From positions 165,657 to 229,656 of IMG/VR virus record IMGVR_UViG_3300048672_001051: a stretch of 64,000 nt of DNA; one strand, 5' to 3'. The translations under genes were made by a program, and so were the position numbers. Within the stretch, counting starts at the first letter, position 1. Each line of letters starts with the position of its first letter. Below the pieces are notes generated by a model. That model made no database searches. It was given only the letters and a program-made list of their open reading frames with translations, and was not told the origin of the DNA. Of the stretch, positions 63,079-64,000 are shown piece by piece.

Positions 63079-63480
63079 ATGAATAGAACTTTAGCATTAA
63101 ACACAGTAAATAGCTGGGCAGAAGGTTTAAGAGAATTGTTTGCGACAAATATAAAACCAATAGAATTGTTAACTTTTGTCCTTCGGAAAGGTGCGGCTGA
63201 AAGGCTGGTTGCTGGCACAGCAACAGCTACTGACAATTTCTTCATGAACAACCTCGTTGCAAGTAGAGGAGTTTCAGGAGAGACTGTAAGTTCTTTTTGC
63301 CAAGCAGTTATGCAAGATGCTCAAACAATGATGTATATAGTGGCTGTAATAGATGGTTTCAAAAAAAGATGTAGCGACTCGTTGAAAAATTGTGCTGACG
63401 AGGAAGTAGCGGCTAAATTTGAAATTGCGCGTAATGATATGAACTCAATTCGTGATATAATTCTAGGTAACCAAGGATGA
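63079..63480 (+). CDS. Hypothetical protein
   Basis: AAGGA SD. Confidence 0.6.
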   Translation: MNRTLALNTVNSWAEGLRELFATNIKPIELLTFVLRKGAAERLVAGTATATDNFFMNNLVASRGVSGETVSSFCQAVMQDAQTMMYIVAVIDGFKKRCSDSLKNCADEEVAAKFEIARNDMNSIRDIILGNQG

Positions 63481-63486
63481 CCATAG

Positions 63487-63939
63487 ATGCTAGACTACAC
63501 AGAACTTCGCAATACGCTTAAGACTGGCGACCTTGTATTTATACAAGGTACTAGCATCTACTCTAAGATTACAAAAGGACTTCAATATTTAGAAGGTTTT
63601 TCGACATATAGAACAACGCACTGTGGAGTAGTTATTTGGCTAGAAGGTAGATTACTACTCGCAGAGATGGATGGTAAATACAATGTACTCAGACCGCTAT
63701 CTCAACACAAAGAGCATATAATTTATGTATATCATAATCAAGGGTTAATAAAACCTGTTGATAAGCTCTTTACAGATTTGCTTGACATCAAGTTAGAGTA
63801 TGACATTAAAGATTTTTTAAGTATTGCGTTACACAAACTTTTTGGTTTTTATTTGAAAGATGACAAAAATGCTATTGTGTGTAGCGAGTATTGCGCCCGT
63901 TGGTTGGCGCTGTGCGGTTATAACATACCAAACACTTAA
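63487..63939 (+). CDS. Permuted papain-like (YiiX/YaeF NlpC/P60) amidase
   Basis: LKTGDLVF, THCGVV, EYD, IVCSEY (His before Cys). Confidence 0.8.
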   Translation: MLDYTELRNTLKTGDLVFIQGTSIYSKITKGLQYLEGFSTYRTTHCGVVIWLEGRLLLAEMDGKYNVLRPLSQHKEHIIYVYHNQGLIKPVDKLFTDLLDIKLEYDIKDFLSIALHKLFGFYLKDDKNAIVCSEYCARWLALCGYNIPNT

Positions 63940-64000
63940 TGTCTCCAAGCACTTTACACAGTCTACTACTACACAATAATTTTAATATAGGTTAAAAATG

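Overview
Large lytic phage genome segment, host probably a gammaproteobacterium (inferred from gene content only). Positions 1-59.5 kb are an almost uninterrupted minus-strand gene run that appears to start near 59.5 kb; a divergent plus-strand block starts at 59.86 kb. Main results: (1) three well-formed hammerhead ribozymes on the minus strand (58410-58464 type III; 58756-58829 and 59281-59344 type II) separate the first early genes and would cut the transcript into single-ORF units with ligatable ends. (2) Two paralogous ~1210-aa single-chain two-barrel (DxDGD) RNA polymerases lie at 51125-54760 and 17155-20778. (3) Ten copies of a promoter-like motif (minus strand AAAAGCAAAATGGTC, often followed by TGTWATGAGG) start just downstream of the first polymerase and end in front of the operon carrying the second, suggesting a two-step transcription cascade. 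(4) A 14-kb AT-rich array of 35 highly diverged, mostly 120-160-aa paralogs (FWxxxRY...HG...LRxL-stop) has a conserved C-terminus that doubles as the ribosome-binding site of the next gene. (5) Also present: a ~650-nt hairpin-rich ORF-free region, an NAD/ADP-ribose/nucleic-acid repair cluster (NADAR-like, DUF4326, SLOG x2, Nudix, Macro, AlkB), a class II aaRS-like plus MazG-like pair, and glycine-zipper, holin-like, ferritin-like hydrolase and permuted NlpC/P60 genes. All family calls come from motif recognition by eye; no database search was run.
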